Source: an uncultured bacterium | GTDB lineage: Bacteria; Zhuqueibacterota; QNDG01; DTFT01 | Length of the DNA: 64,000 nt | Assembly (NCBI GenBank): GCA_963736115.1 | Contig: CAVTNR010000014.1 | Location: forward strand, 160,001-224,000 | Direction: 5' to 3' | Part shown: positions 38,725-48,829 of the stretch, one piece after another | Numbering within the stretch: position 1 is the first letter of the stretch | How the letters are laid out: each line of letters begins with the position of its first letter | Translations under genes and position numbers: made by a program | Notes under the pieces: generated by a model | Database searches by the model: none | Seen by the model: the letters and a program-made list of their open reading frames with translations, nothing else | Told to the model about the DNA's origin: nothing

Positions 38725-38983
38725 GATTGAAGCTCCCCGCGGCCCCGCTTTGCGGGACCAAGCAATTAGATTTATAAATTATTGAAGACAAGCCGCGGGC
38801 CTTCAATAATGTACTAAATAGGGTAGCATGGTGCCGCCTTGCGGCGAATCTTCAATCGGTATTGCTGTATTGTACAAAATATATTATATTCGCTCGCTTA
38901 CCCCGCCGCCCGCTTCGCGGGATCAAGCTACTTGATGTCTTCTGGTTGAAGACAAGCGGCGGGAATACGCGAGCGATCAGATT
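38725..38983. mobile_element. second copy of the hairpin-ended MITE/PATE-like element with three nested mini-elements
   Basis: Same left end, central segment and TCAGATT right end as 23897-24186; AT-rich interior; lies between two co-oriented cluster genes. Confidence 0.7.
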
Positions 38984-39059
38984 CACCCGATCCGTCCCGG
39001 ATCGTTTCAGTCACCGGAGGGGCGGATCCACGCAACGGGACTCGAGGAGAAACTGCACG

Positions 39060-42000
39060 ATGCGAAAATGGATCGTTCTCGGATGTCTGTTCGGATCGAT
39101 CGGATGGGCGGCCGCGCAGCCAGCGGCCAACGTCAGCCGTCTCGGGCGATGGGCACTCGGACAGTGTGAAGTCGTCCACCGGCGGGCGGGATTCCTGTTC
39201 GTCAGCAGCGGCCCGATGCTCGAGGTGTATCAGAACAAGCACGGAGAATACACGAAATCCGACAGCATTCTGATGCCCGGGCTCGTCAAGGGCGTGTGGG
39301 TGAAGAATACACTCAGCCACGCGTACATTGCATGCGGCGACGCCGGACTCCGGGTGGTCTCGTTTGACGCCGTGGACGGCCGTTTCGGCGATGTCGTGGG
39401 AAGTCTCGACACGCCGGGCTCGGCTGAAGGCGTGATGCAGTATGGGAACACGGCCTATATCGCGGACGGGCCCGGCGGCCTGGCCGTCGTCGACGTATCC
39501 GATCCCGCGCAGCCCACTCTGCGGGGCACGCAGGCCACCGCCGGCGCCGCCCGGGGCGTGTGGGTGGTCGCGAATACGCCGGCCATCGACAACACCATGG
39601 TGCTCGTGGCCGCCGATTCGGCCGGGCTCTATTCCGTAAACGTCACCAATCCCACGGCTCCGGCGGTCTATGACCGTCTGGCCTTCAATACGGTTTACCC
39701 GGGCTTCCAGGTCCCGGCCCCCCGTGCGATCCAGGTCACCGTGATCGACACCGTGGCCTATGTCGCGACCGGCTACGGCAGCCTGCGCACAGTGGATATC
39801 CGGAATCCGCGCCTGATGACCCAGATGGGCGTGTGGATGAACAGCCCCTACACCGAAGTGCTCGGAATGGACGTCACCTGGGAAACCGTCGGGGGAAAAC
39901 CGGCTCCGCAGTACGCCTACCTGGCCACCGGCGCCAAAGGCGTGTTCTGCCCGATCAATATTCAGAATCCCAGGGATCTCAAGGGCCCGCCCTATCAGAA
40001 TGTGGACACGCGCGGCACAACGACGCGCATCGTCGTTTCCACGGAGGCGGATTCGCTTTTCATCGGAAGCGCGCTGATGCGTTTCAAGGCAGGAGAACTG
40101 CTCTTCGTGTCCGACCGGGAAAACGGGCTCCTTTTCATCGACGCCCGTGAAAGCTATCAGCCGTCCGTGATCGATTCGATCCGGACCGGCGGAGATGTCT
40201 GCCGGGACGCCGATTGGTCCGGCCGGTACGCCTATGTCGCGGCGGGATGGGCCGGCGTCAAGATCGTGGACACAACCGGAACCGCGGCAGACCCCGACAC
40301 CGACCGTCTGCCCCTGAGGGGCACGATTGACACCGGCGGTCAGGCCAGGGGGCTCCGGGTGGTCGGTTCCAGGCTGTATGTCGCCAACGGCGTGAAGGGT
40401 CTGGGGATCTACAGCATCAGCGATCCGGTGAATCCGGCACTGTCCGGCCGGTTCACGGCCGTCACGGACACCGTTCACCGGGTCGATCTGCTTTCCGGTT
40501 CCTATGCATTTCTCGCAGCGGGCCGGGACGGTATCCGGATCGTGGACATCAGCGGGAGCATTTTCGAAACGGGCCAGAGCCCGCTCCGGACGGCCGGACC
40601 GGCTCTAGATGTGAAGATACGCGGTTCGAAGGCTTACGTCGCGACACCCGGCGCTGTATATGTATACGCGCTGACCCAGTCGGGCGGAGCCCTGACCGGC
40701 GTTTCTCTGACCGACTCCCTGACGGCGGGCGCCGCGCTGCCGATGGACGCCCGCGCATTGGACGTCATCGGCGACTCGGTTTTCGTCGCGAACGGCAGGC
40801 ACGGCCTGATCCTCTGGAAAACCTCGAACGACGCCGTTCTCGTTAAAAATGTCGGCGGCACGGTCACCGGCATCACGGTCCGGGAGAAGACACTGTACGT
40901 CAGCGATGCGGTCAACGGGTTTCGCATCTACGACGCGTCCACCGCGGGGGAAATCAAGGAAGTCGGGTATTATCGGACTTTGGGCGAAGCACTGGGACTC
41001 GGCATCTCCGACTCGGACGGAAAGGCTGTCATGGCCGACGGTCGGTACGGATTCTGGCTGTTCCGAAGCCGCATCAGCCCGGCCATCACCATCACGCCGA
41101 CGACCCTGAATTTCGGGCTCGTTCCGCCGGATTATTCCCGCTCACTCACCGCCCTGATCCGGAACACCGGCACATCGATCCTGAAGGTGACGAATATCCA
41201 GAGCAAGCGCACCACGTATTCATTCTCCGCCACGCGTTTTGAAATCGCAGCCGGCGACACCTTCCGGCTTGTCATCCGTTTTGCGCCGTCCTATGACACC
41301 TGGCCGTTCCGTCAGGACGACCGCATCGAGATCAGCACCAACGATCCGTCCAACCTGACGGCCTATATCAACCTGCAGGCCGAGGTCACCGCCCTGGTGA
41401 CGGAAGGCCCCTATACGCCGGACGATTTCACGGTCGGACTCTGGCATTTCGACGAGGCCGACGGTGTTCTCACGGCCGCGGACGGCTCGGGCAACAGCCT
41501 GCACGGCCAGCTGGCCGGAACGCCCTTCCGGGAAAACTCGGCCCGTTCCGGTTACGGCCGCCAGATCGGCTTCGACTCGGAAACCGACCGGGTTCTCGTT
41601 CCGCAGAATCCGCTCTTTAACTTCAGCGAGAAATCTTTCACGGCCGAATGCTGGTTCAGCATGGACGCGCTTCCCACGGATCACTATGTCCTGATCCGGC
41701 ACGGAAGCGAAACCCAGGCGCAGTTCGAACTGGCACTGGGGTCGGGCGACGTGGGGCTCATCGGCCGTGTCTGGGACAGCTCCGGCGCGCGCACCCTGAC
41801 CTCCGGATCCATTGACCTGTTCAATGTCAATCAGTGGTATCACGCGGCCCTGACCTGGAACGGCGATTCGTTGAAACTGTACCTGAACGGCGTCCAGAAG
41901 GCCGGCCTGCGGGTCCGGAACCGGCTGAAATTCGTGGCCACCGAACCGCTGGCCATCGGCGCCAACCAGTACGGAACGGCCGTGTTCCGGGGGCGCATGG

Positions 42001-45000
42001 ACGAAGTGCGGCTTTCCAGCATCGCCCGCGAATCCTGGGAGTACCATGTCACGCGCTCGAGAATCGCGGTCTCCCAGTCCATCGTCCAATTCGGGAACGT
42101 TCTGGCCAACCAGACCCGGACCGTCCCTCTGGCCATCTCCAATCTCGGCAGCCAGCCGCTGGTGGTCCAGTCCGTGACGAGCGGGAACGCGCATGTGACG
42201 GTGAATCCGTCCGGTCCGTTCACTCTGTTCGTCGGACAGACGGACACACTCGATGTCTCCTTCTCGCCGGTCGGCGTGGAGGTGCTGACGCAGGGCAGTC
42301 TGCTCCAGATTCGGAGCAATGATCCCACCTATCCGGTCCTGGCCGTCCCGCTCCGGGGAAGCGGCATCAATTCGCTTCCGGCGGGGCCCTATGCGGCCGA
42401 TCCGATGACGCTGGGTCTGTGGCATCTCGACGAAACCTCCGGTCTGGTCGCGCGCGATTCCTCCGGTAACGGCATGAACGGAGCCCTTTCCGGATCCGTG
42501 GCCCGCGAAACGGTGACGCGCAAATTCGATCCGGGATCCGCTCTCCGTTTCGACGGTCAGAGCGGACTGGTTTCCGCTCGGCCGCCCGCAGGTGTGAAAA
42601 TCGAACCGACTTGGGGCGGACTCACCGCCGAAGCGTGGTTCTATCTGCAGGGCCTTCCGCTGGGCAGGGGCACCCTGATGCGCCGCGCCTCCGGCGCCGC
42701 ATCCCAGTTCCATCTCTACGTAGACAGCACGGCCGCCCTGGTGGGGCAGTTTTTCAATACGCAGCAGCAGGCCTTCTCCGTGACCAGCGCCTCGATGGGC
42801 GCGCTGAAGATCCGGCAGTGGTACCACGCCGCTGTCGTTCTGGAGCGGGACAGCCTCCGGCTCTACGTCAACGGCAATTCCGTCGCGGTCCGCCCCTTCA
42901 CGGGAACGCCCGCGGGCGGGGGCAGCCCCGCCGGAACCGACACGATGTCCGTCCTGATCGGATCGAGCTGGAACCGGAGCACGCCCTTCTACGGCGTGTT
43001 GGACGAGATCCGCCTGTCTTCGACGGCGCGTCAGCCATGGGAATATAACGTGAACCTGGCGAGAATCGGCCTTACTCCGGAATTGCTGGCTTTCGAGAGC
43101 GTTCTGCTCGGACAGAGGCGGACCCTGGCGCTGACGGTGGGGAACACGGGCATCGACAACCTGGTCGTGACGGACATCGTTTCCTCGCTTCCGTCGGTTT
43201 TCTCCGTGGACACCACGCATTTCACGGTTGCATCCGGCGCAAGCCGGAGAATTCATGTCACCTATCATCCGCAGTCCACGGGCGCCGTGACCGCACAACT
43301 CACTTTCCGGAGCAACGACCCGTTCTGGCCCAACCGGGCGGTTCCTCTGACGGGAACGGGCCTGGCGGAACGGTCGTTCGTCCGGTACGCGGCGGACGCA
43401 TTCACCCTCGGCCTCTTCCACATGGATGAGGCGGCCGACACCTCCAAAACCCTCTGGGATTCATCCGCCGTGGGCCTCCGGGGCACCCTTGAGACGGGCG
43501 TGACGCGCACGGATTCGGGCCGCTTCGGCCGGGCCTTGCGCTTCGCGAACGGATCCGTCCGGATTCCGACAGCGGGCCGGATGGCGATTCCGGATGATGC
43601 GTTTACCCTGGAATTCTGGTTCAACATCCAGACGCTTCCGGGAACATCCGCCGTTCTGCTCAAGCAGGGGAACGGCGATACGGCAACGGTCGAGATTTCG
43701 CTCGTCAACGCCGCGTCCGAAGGCCTGACGGCCCGATTCTGGAACGGGCAGGGCGTTGCCACCTCCCTGAAAACGGGAAGCATCTCCGCCACGCCCCGCA
43801 ACCAGTGGATGCACGTCGCGGTGACCTTCACCTCCGATACGCTGAAACTCTATTTGAACAATATTCTCCGCGACCGGAAGGCATTTACCGGGCCGCTGCG
43901 TCAGGCCCGGGCGTCCGTTCTGCGGCTCGGGTCCGGCCTCAGCAAGGAGAACCCCTTCACCGGCATGCTCGACGAGCTGCGCATTTCGCGGATCGCACGG
44001 GCCTTATGGGAAATTCATGTGGTTCCGCCGGTGATCGAGGCCGCTCCCGTCTCTCTGAATTTCGCATCCGTGCTGAAGACGGAAAAACGCGCCTTCCCGT
44101 TCTGGGTCTGGAACGCGGGCGACCAGGATCTGGTTGTTTCCTCGATCTCGGGGATGACCGCCCAGTTCACGATCCCCGATTCGGTCCGCACCTTCACTCT
44201 GAGGCGCCTGCAGACCCGGATGGTCACGGTCACGTACAGCCCGGACACAGTCAACGTGACGCAGACCGCCGTGCTCACGGTCGCCAGCAACGATCCGAAA
44301 ACGCCCGCCGTGAACATCCAGCTCGAGGGCAGGGGCGCTGAATTCACCGGCCGGAAGGAATACGCCGCGGACGCGCATACGATCGCCCTGTATCACATGA
44401 ATTCCGCGGAGAGCGACTCCGCGGAGGACGCCTCCGGAAACCGCCGCCACGGAATTCTCCAGAACGACGCGATCTGGGCCTCCGATGGATTTTTCGGCCG
44501 CGCCATCTGGCTCGACGGAGACGGGGACCGTATCCTGGTCCCGGCCGATTCGGCCCTGATCATGGACTATGACCGGCGGAGTTTCACGCTGGAATGCTAC
44601 TTCAAGACGGACACGCTGTCACAGACGATACTCTCCCTCGGGTATACGGACAGCCGCCGCTCGCGGAATTTCGGCCTGGACATCGATTCGGAGGGGCGTC
44701 TTTCCGTCGAACACTTCGGTTCGGGCGGCCCCCGCGTCAACGACGCGGCATGGCATTTTGCGGCCTTCTCCTACAATCATCTGCTCAAGCGGGGCCGGCT
44801 GTTCATCGACACCCTGCAGGTCTGGGAAAGGCCCGTCACCCCCTATGCGTCGCGGCAGGAATTCCTCCCGCTGGTCATCGGCGCGGCCCAGGCGGACTCA
44901 GTGTCGTTCACGGGACATTTCAAGGGCGCGGTTGACGAGGTCCGGATCTCCGACATCGTCCGGGAGTCCTGGGAATTCCAGGTCATCGACTACGGCATAC

Positions 45001-46646
45001 GCGTCCAGTCAATCGTCCCGGACCCGCCGACCGCCGGATCGATGATGACCATCGTATTCGCCGTTCCGTCCGCGCTTCAGGCCCAGCAGGTGATTCTGTA
45101 CTACCGGCAGGGCGGGCAGACCGGCTACCGGTCGGTTCAGACGGAGCGTCAGACGAATTCCGTGTATAAGACCGTGATTCCCGCCGAACAGGTGACCGAG
45201 CGCGGGTTTGAATACTGGCTCGAAGTCCGGACCGACAAGGGCGACGTCACCGTGCCCGGAATCGATCCGGAACAGAACCCGATGTCCCGGAGCGTGCGGA
45301 CCGTAGGCCTCAGATCCGGCGTCACCTTCCGCGCCCGGGAGTTCCAGATGTTCTCGATTCCCATGAAGCTTGACACCGCCACGGTGCGGAGCGTGCTTGA
45401 GGACAGGGACGATTTCGGCTCCTATGATCCCTTCCAGTGGCGGCTTTTCTGGTGGCATCGCCTCCGCCAGCGGTACATCACCTACAACAACACGGATACG
45501 ACGCGGTTGTATTTCGATTTCTCCCCGTCCCGCGCCTACTGGCTCGTGTCCTCGACTGAGAAGAACTTCGATCTCGGGAACGCGCGCACCGTCTCTCTCG
45601 ATACCGTTTTCCGGGTACCCGTGGATCCGGGGTGGAACATGATCGGCAATCCCTTCAATTTCACCGTCCGGTGGCAGGATTGTTCGCTCTCTTCGGATTC
45701 CATCGGAACCCTCTACTCCTACAATCCGGAGGAGGGATACGGCCCCGACTGGCAGACCCTGGATCCTTGGAAGGGGTACTGGATCTACAATGCGGACACG
45801 GTGTCGCACGCCCTGTTCATCCCCCCGAAATCGCGCGGTTTCGGCAAGACGGGCGGGAAACGGCCCGGACTCGCGGAATCGCTCGGCAGTGGAGAATGGC
45901 TGCTGCAGCTGTCGGCGGCCACGAAGCGCCAGAAGGACGGCCTCCAGTACGCCGGCGTCAAGAAAAACGCCCGTGACGGGTGGGACATATGGGACAGGCC
46001 CGATCCGCCTCCGGTCGAACCACGGATTTCGGCCGGATTCGATCACGGCGACTGGGGACGGCATTCCGGCACCTATGCGGCGGATATCCGGAAAAGCGGG
46101 ACGGAGGGCCATGTCTGGAGCCTGTTCGTCGAGACCCAGAATCCGGAAGAGGCGGTGACGCTGGCATGGAAATGGATTTCGACCATGCCGGAGGGATGGA
46201 AGGCTTTCTTGTTCGACCTCGCCGAAGGCACATCCGTGAACATGACCGAGCTCGGGGTGAAATCGTTCATGAGCGGTTCAACGGCACCGGATGTCCGGCT
46301 GTTCAAACTGGTTGCCGGCTCCGAAGCTTTCATCCGGGCCGAGAGCGAGGGCATTCCCCTGGAACCGGTCGTTTTCCATGTCTTCCAGAATTATCCGAAT
46401 CCGTTCAATCCGGAGACCACGATCCGCTACCGTCTGCCGAAGAACGGAAACGTCGAAGTGTCGGTCTTCAATGCGCTCGGGCAGAAAATACGCATTCTGG
46501 TCGACGCGACCCAGAAAACGGGTGAACAGTCGGTGGTATGGGACGGCAGCGATGACTCAGGCCGGCCCGTTCCCAGCGGCCTTTACATCTCCCGGGTGAA
46601 AACCCGCGAATCGACGTCCACCCGAAAGATGCTGTTGGTCCGATGA
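39060..46646 (+). CDS. giant surface protein (~2528 aa): LVIVD repeats, 4x[ASH Ig + LamG], unnamed domain, FlgD/Por-tail-like CTD (triad 2)
   Basis: Start reassigned to ATG 39060 (GAGGAG SD; MRKWIVLGCLFGSIGWAAA signal). Collinear paralog of 29572; tail QNYPNPFNP...RKMLLVR. Confidence 0.88.
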   Translation: MRKWIVLGCLFGSIGWAAAQPAANVSRLGRWALGQCEVVHRRAGFLFVSSGPMLEVYQNKHGEYTKSDSILMPGLVKGVWVKNTLSHAYIACGDAGLRVVSFDAVDGRFGDVVGSLDTPGSAEGVMQYGNTAYIADGPGGLAVVDVSDPAQPTLRGTQATAGAARGVWVVANTPAIDNTMVLVAADSAGLYSVNVTNPTAPAVYDRLAFNTVYPGFQVPAPRAIQVTVIDTVAYVATGYGSLRTVDIRNPRLMTQMGVWMNSPYTEVLGMDVTWETVGGKPAPQYAYLATGAKGVFCPINIQNPRDLKGPPYQNVDTRGTTTRIVVSTEADSLFIGSALMRFKAGELLFVSDRENGLLFIDARESYQPSVIDSIRTGGDVCRDADWSGRYAYVAAGWAGVKIVDTTGTAADPDTDRLPLRGTIDTGGQARGLRVVGSRLYVANGVKGLGIYSISDPVNPALSGRFTAVTDTVHRVDLLSGSYAFLAAGRDGIRIVDISGSIFETGQSPLRTAGPALDVKIRGSKAYVATPGAVYVYALTQSGGALTGVSLTDSLTAGAALPMDARALDVIGDSVFVANGRHGLILWKTSNDAVLVKNVGGTVTGITVREKTLYVSDAVNGFRIYDASTAGEIKEVGYYRTLGEALGLGISDSDGKAVMADGRYGFWLFRSRISPAITITPTTLNFGLVPPDYSRSLTALIRNTGTSILKVTNIQSKRTTYSFSATRFEIAAGDTFRLVIRFAPSYDTWPFRQDDRIEISTNDPSNLTAYINLQAEVTALVTEGPYTPDDFTVGLWHFDEADGVLTAADGSGNSLHGQLAGTPFRENSARSGYGRQIGFDSETDRVLVPQNPLFNFSEKSFTAECWFSMDALPTDHYVLIRHGSETQAQFELALGSGDVGLIGRVWDSSGARTLTSGSIDLFNVNQWYHAALTWNGDSLKLYLNGVQKAGLRVRNRLKFVATEPLAIGANQYGTAVFRGRMDEVRLSSIARESWEYHVTRSRIAVSQSIVQFGNVLANQTRTVPLAISNLGSQPLVVQSVTSGNAHVTVNPSGPFTLFVGQTDTLDVSFSPVGVEVLTQGSLLQIRSNDPTYPVLAVPLRGSGINSLPAGPYAADPMTLGLWHLDETSGLVARDSSGNGMNGALSGSVARETVTRKFDPGSALRFDGQSGLVSARPPAGVKIEPTWGGLTAEAWFYLQGLPLGRGTLMRRASGAASQFHLYVDSTAALVGQFFNTQQQAFSVTSASMGALKIRQWYHAAVVLERDSLRLYVNGNSVAVRPFTGTPAGGGSPAGTDTMSVLIGSSWNRSTPFYGVLDEIRLSSTARQPWEYNVNLARIGLTPELLAFESVLLGQRRTLALTVGNTGIDNLVVTDIVSSLPSVFSVDTTHFTVASGASRRIHVTYHPQSTGAVTAQLTFRSNDPFWPNRAVPLTGTGLAERSFVRYAADAFTLGLFHMDEAADTSKTLWDSSAVGLRGTLETGVTRTDSGRFGRALRFANGSVRIPTAGRMAIPDDAFTLEFWFNIQTLPGTSAVLLKQGNGDTATVEISLVNAASEGLTARFWNGQGVATSLKTGSISATPRNQWMHVAVTFTSDTLKLYLNNILRDRKAFTGPLRQARASVLRLGSGLSKENPFTGMLDELRISRIARALWEIHVVPPVIEAAPVSLNFASVLKTEKRAFPFWVWNAGDQDLVVSSISGMTAQFTIPDSVRTFTLRRLQTRMVTVTYSPDTVNVTQTAVLTVASNDPKTPAVNIQLEGRGAEFTGRKEYAADAHTIALYHMNSAESDSAEDASGNRRHGILQNDAIWASDGFFGRAIWLDGDGDRILVPADSALIMDYDRRSFTLECYFKTDTLSQTILSLGYTDSRRSRNFGLDIDSEGRLSVEHFGSGGPRVNDAAWHFAAFSYNHLLKRGRLFIDTLQVWERPVTPYASRQEFLPLVIGAAQADSVSFTGHFKGAVDEVRISDIVRESWEFQVIDYGIRVQSIVPDPPTAGSMMTIVFAVPSALQAQQVILYYRQGGQTGYRSVQTERQTNSVYKTVIPAEQVTERGFEYWLEVRTDKGDVTVPGIDPEQNPMSRSVRTVGLRSGVTFRAREFQMFSIPMKLDTATVRSVLEDRDDFGSYDPFQWRLFWWHRLRQRYITYNNTDTTRLYFDFSPSRAYWLVSSTEKNFDLGNARTVSLDTVFRVPVDPGWNMIGNPFNFTVRWQDCSLSSDSIGTLYSYNPEEGYGPDWQTLDPWKGYWIYNADTVSHALFIPPKSRGFGKTGGKRPGLAESLGSGEWLLQLSAATKRQKDGLQYAGVKKNARDGWDIWDRPDPPPVEPRISAGFDHGDWGRHSGTYAADIRKSGTEGHVWSLFVETQNPEEAVTLAWKWISTMPEGWKAFLFDLAEGTSVNMTELGVKSFMSGSTAPDVRLFKLVAGSEAFIRAESEGIPLEPVVFHVFQNYPNPFNPETTIRYRLPKNGNVEVSVFNALGQKIRILVDATQKTGEQSVVWDGSDDSGRPVPSGLYISRVKTRESTSTRKMLLVR

Positions 46647-46687
46647 AACGGCTTTCGAACCGCAACTCACGAGCGCGAGGTGCATGC

Positions 46688-47851
46688 ATGAGAGGAAAAG
46701 CCTGGATCGGGTTCGCGGCCCTTCTGCCGTGCATCCTGTCCGCCCAGCCCGACGTTTCGTCCCGGGAACCCATGGCATCGCTGACGACGTCCTGCTCCGT
46801 CCAGATGTGGCGGATGGAGGCCGGGGATCACCGGGTCGTGAATCAGGTCTCTTTTCCAGTCCTGCTCACCGCGCCCGTGGGTCGGAATATCCAGCTCGCG
46901 ATCCAGCATACACCCGCCATGAGCCGGTGGTACGGCGACTACAAGATCAACGGGACATCGGACACTTGGATTCAGGGATCCTACCTGCATCCGAACAAGA
47001 CACTTCTCCTGAACTTCGGTCTGGGCGTTCCCACCGGGAAAACCCGGCTGAACAATCAGGAGTTCGAACTCGGCCAGATCATCAGCCAGAATTTCTTCCG
47101 CTTCACGCTTCCGGTGTACGGACAGGGTCTGTGCGGCAGGGCCGGCGCCGCGGGCGCGTTCCCCCTCGGCGAAAGGGCGGTTCTCGGAGTCGGGGGCCAG
47201 TACCTGATGCGGGGCCAATACAAACCGGTTGAATACCGGTATGAATTCGACGGCATCGTCAAAATCGCGGACGCGTCGTACAAGCCCGGGGACGAGGCGA
47301 CCGCCCAGCTTGGCCTGGACGTCCGGCTGGACGATCATTTCAAGCTGATGGCGGACGCGGAATACACGTTCTACCAGAAGGATCTGCTCGGCGATCGGGA
47401 GATTTTTCAGGCCGGGGCGAAAACCACCGCCAGCATCGGATTGTACCGCGAATTCGACCGGCAGTACTGGATGGCCCTGATTACGGCCCGTTTCAACGAC
47501 AAGATTCAAACGCTTCAGGGACTCAAACTCGAAGAGGCGCCGGGCAAGCCGCAGGGAAGCCAGATCGAGATGAACGCCGTTTACAAGGTCGTCGCCTTCC
47601 GGGAGGGCGGTCTCTTTCTGCTCGCAGACGCCCGCTATTATTCCCGGCAGACCGTGAAGGTGCTTTACGAGACCCGTTCCGAGCTTGACGGTTTCGCGGC
47701 CGGCGCCGGTGTCGGCGTGCAGTTCACCCTATGGGAAAACGCGCTCGGCGACATGCGCGTCAAGTTTCTCGGAGGCAATCTCGAAACCAACGGGAACCGG
47801 AGCGGACTTTTCGGCATGGATGCCGGATTCGGGGTCAAGATTCTGCTCTGA
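46688..47851 (+). CDS. putative outer-membrane beta-barrel protein (triad 2)
   Basis: Paralog of 36090 (GTSDTWIQG, GLGVPTGKTRL, EF.L..II.QN.FRF.LPV.GQGL, AFP.GE..V.G.G); alternative start 46643. Confidence 0.75.
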   Translation: MRGKAWIGFAALLPCILSAQPDVSSREPMASLTTSCSVQMWRMEAGDHRVVNQVSFPVLLTAPVGRNIQLAIQHTPAMSRWYGDYKINGTSDTWIQGSYLHPNKTLLLNFGLGVPTGKTRLNNQEFELGQIISQNFFRFTLPVYGQGLCGRAGAAGAFPLGERAVLGVGGQYLMRGQYKPVEYRYEFDGIVKIADASYKPGDEATAQLGLDVRLDDHFKLMADAEYTFYQKDLLGDREIFQAGAKTTASIGLYREFDRQYWMALITARFNDKIQTLQGLKLEEAPGKPQGSQIEMNAVYKVVAFREGGLFLLADARYYSRQTVKVLYETRSELDGFAAGAGVGVQFTLWENALGDMRVKFLGGNLETNGNRSGLFGMDAGFGVKILL

Positions 47852-47876
47852 TCCTTTTTCAGCATATCCCGTCTTG

Positions 47877-47905
47877 ATCGCCCCCTCCCCAGGGGGCGAT
47901 TCTGT
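47877..47905 (+). terminator. hairpin closing the cluster (weak U-tract)
   Basis: ATCGCCCCCT/AGGGGGCGAT stem 25 nt after the stop codon. Confidence 0.5.
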
Positions 47906-48667
47906 ATGGGGGTTCGGTCGGACGTTTCCGGGACCGGGCCGACGAAAAACCGGAACGGGATCCCGGGACAGTCGGGAGAAAGTGTATTGCGGTTGAAAGC
48001 CCAGTTCGTCATTTCCTGCCACGCGGATACCGGATTCCGCAGCCACCGGTGCCGGAGAGAGAAAGGCGGAAAAGTCTATTACGGCCACATGGATAATTTC
48101 GCGGGTGTACGGGCCGTCATGGACGCTTTTTTCAGCGGATCGCTGGACCGGGAAGGCGTACGGATCGAATTGACCTACGGTGAAGAAACGGATTTCGGAG
48201 GCGCCAAAGCGGTCCGTCGAACCCTATCAAAGGAAGACACTGTCGTGGTCGTGGACGTAACCGGCGCGAAAACCCGCGCGGACATCACGATTGAAAAATG
48301 CGCGGATCCCGAAACCGGGCGTTTCGTCCGGAAGGCGCTCGCCGGCATGCCGAAGGTCGAAATATTCACCGGATGCCCCGATCCTGTGTCGGATTCGGAT
48401 GAGACGGACGTGTACCGGGGACGCGCCAGGCGCGTGTTCTTTCTCGGCATCCCGTGTTCAGGGGGGGACTACAACGCCGGAAGGGTCCGGTGCAGAAAAA
48501 AGAGCCTGACGATGGCGGCCCGGGCGCTGACGCGTCTGGCCCGGGCGCATCTTCGTGAAGTGCAGGCCGGAAATCCGGCCCTGCGGAAGTTGCCCGGAGC
48601 GCCTGAGGGCGGAACCGGCCGGAGTCGCCGGACCATACGGACAGGCGCCCGCGGCCGTAAACGGTAA
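47906..48667 (+). CDS. hypothetical protein resembling a compact M28/M42-like zinc peptidase
   Basis: SCHAD, GHMDNFAG, YGEETDFGGA and VVVVDVT in peptidase-like order. The start is uncertain and may be ~47990. Confidence 0.55.
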   Translation: MGVRSDVSGTGPTKNRNGIPGQSGESVLRLKAQFVISCHADTGFRSHRCRREKGGKVYYGHMDNFAGVRAVMDAFFSGSLDREGVRIELTYGEETDFGGAKAVRRTLSKEDTVVVVDVTGAKTRADITIEKCADPETGRFVRKALAGMPKVEIFTGCPDPVSDSDETDVYRGRARRVFFLGIPCSGGDYNAGRVRCRKKSLTMAARALTRLARAHLREVQAGNPALRKLPGAPEGGTGRSRRTIRTGARGRKR

Positions 48668-48829
48668 TGGATATGGAACCGCGACCGGACGGCCGCGTCA
48701 TGGCCGGAGGGACCGCCGGCCTTCCCGTTTTTCCCGTTGTATTTTTGATTTGATTTTCTTATCATTTCCGGACAGTCCTGTCCGGCCGCGGCGAGCGGTA
48801 TTATCGGGAAACCCCCGTTTCGGATAAAT

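Noticed and set aside
38862-39059. N-terminal extension of the 2594-aa ORF
   Set aside because: It starts inside the MITE-like element; the SD and signal peptide indicate ATG 39060.
41220-43421. Long antisense ORFs (also 2223-3731, 4830-6674, 10071-11363, 29608-31140, 37085-38395, 38928-40478)
   Set aside because: They are shadow frames of well-supported genes, expected at high GC, and have no recognisable motifs.
27338-47851. Curli (type VIII) or canonical T9SS machinery operon
   Set aside because: No curlin repeats, CsgE/F or PorK-N/SprA-like genes are present; only the CsgG-like fold and cargo-type tails are.
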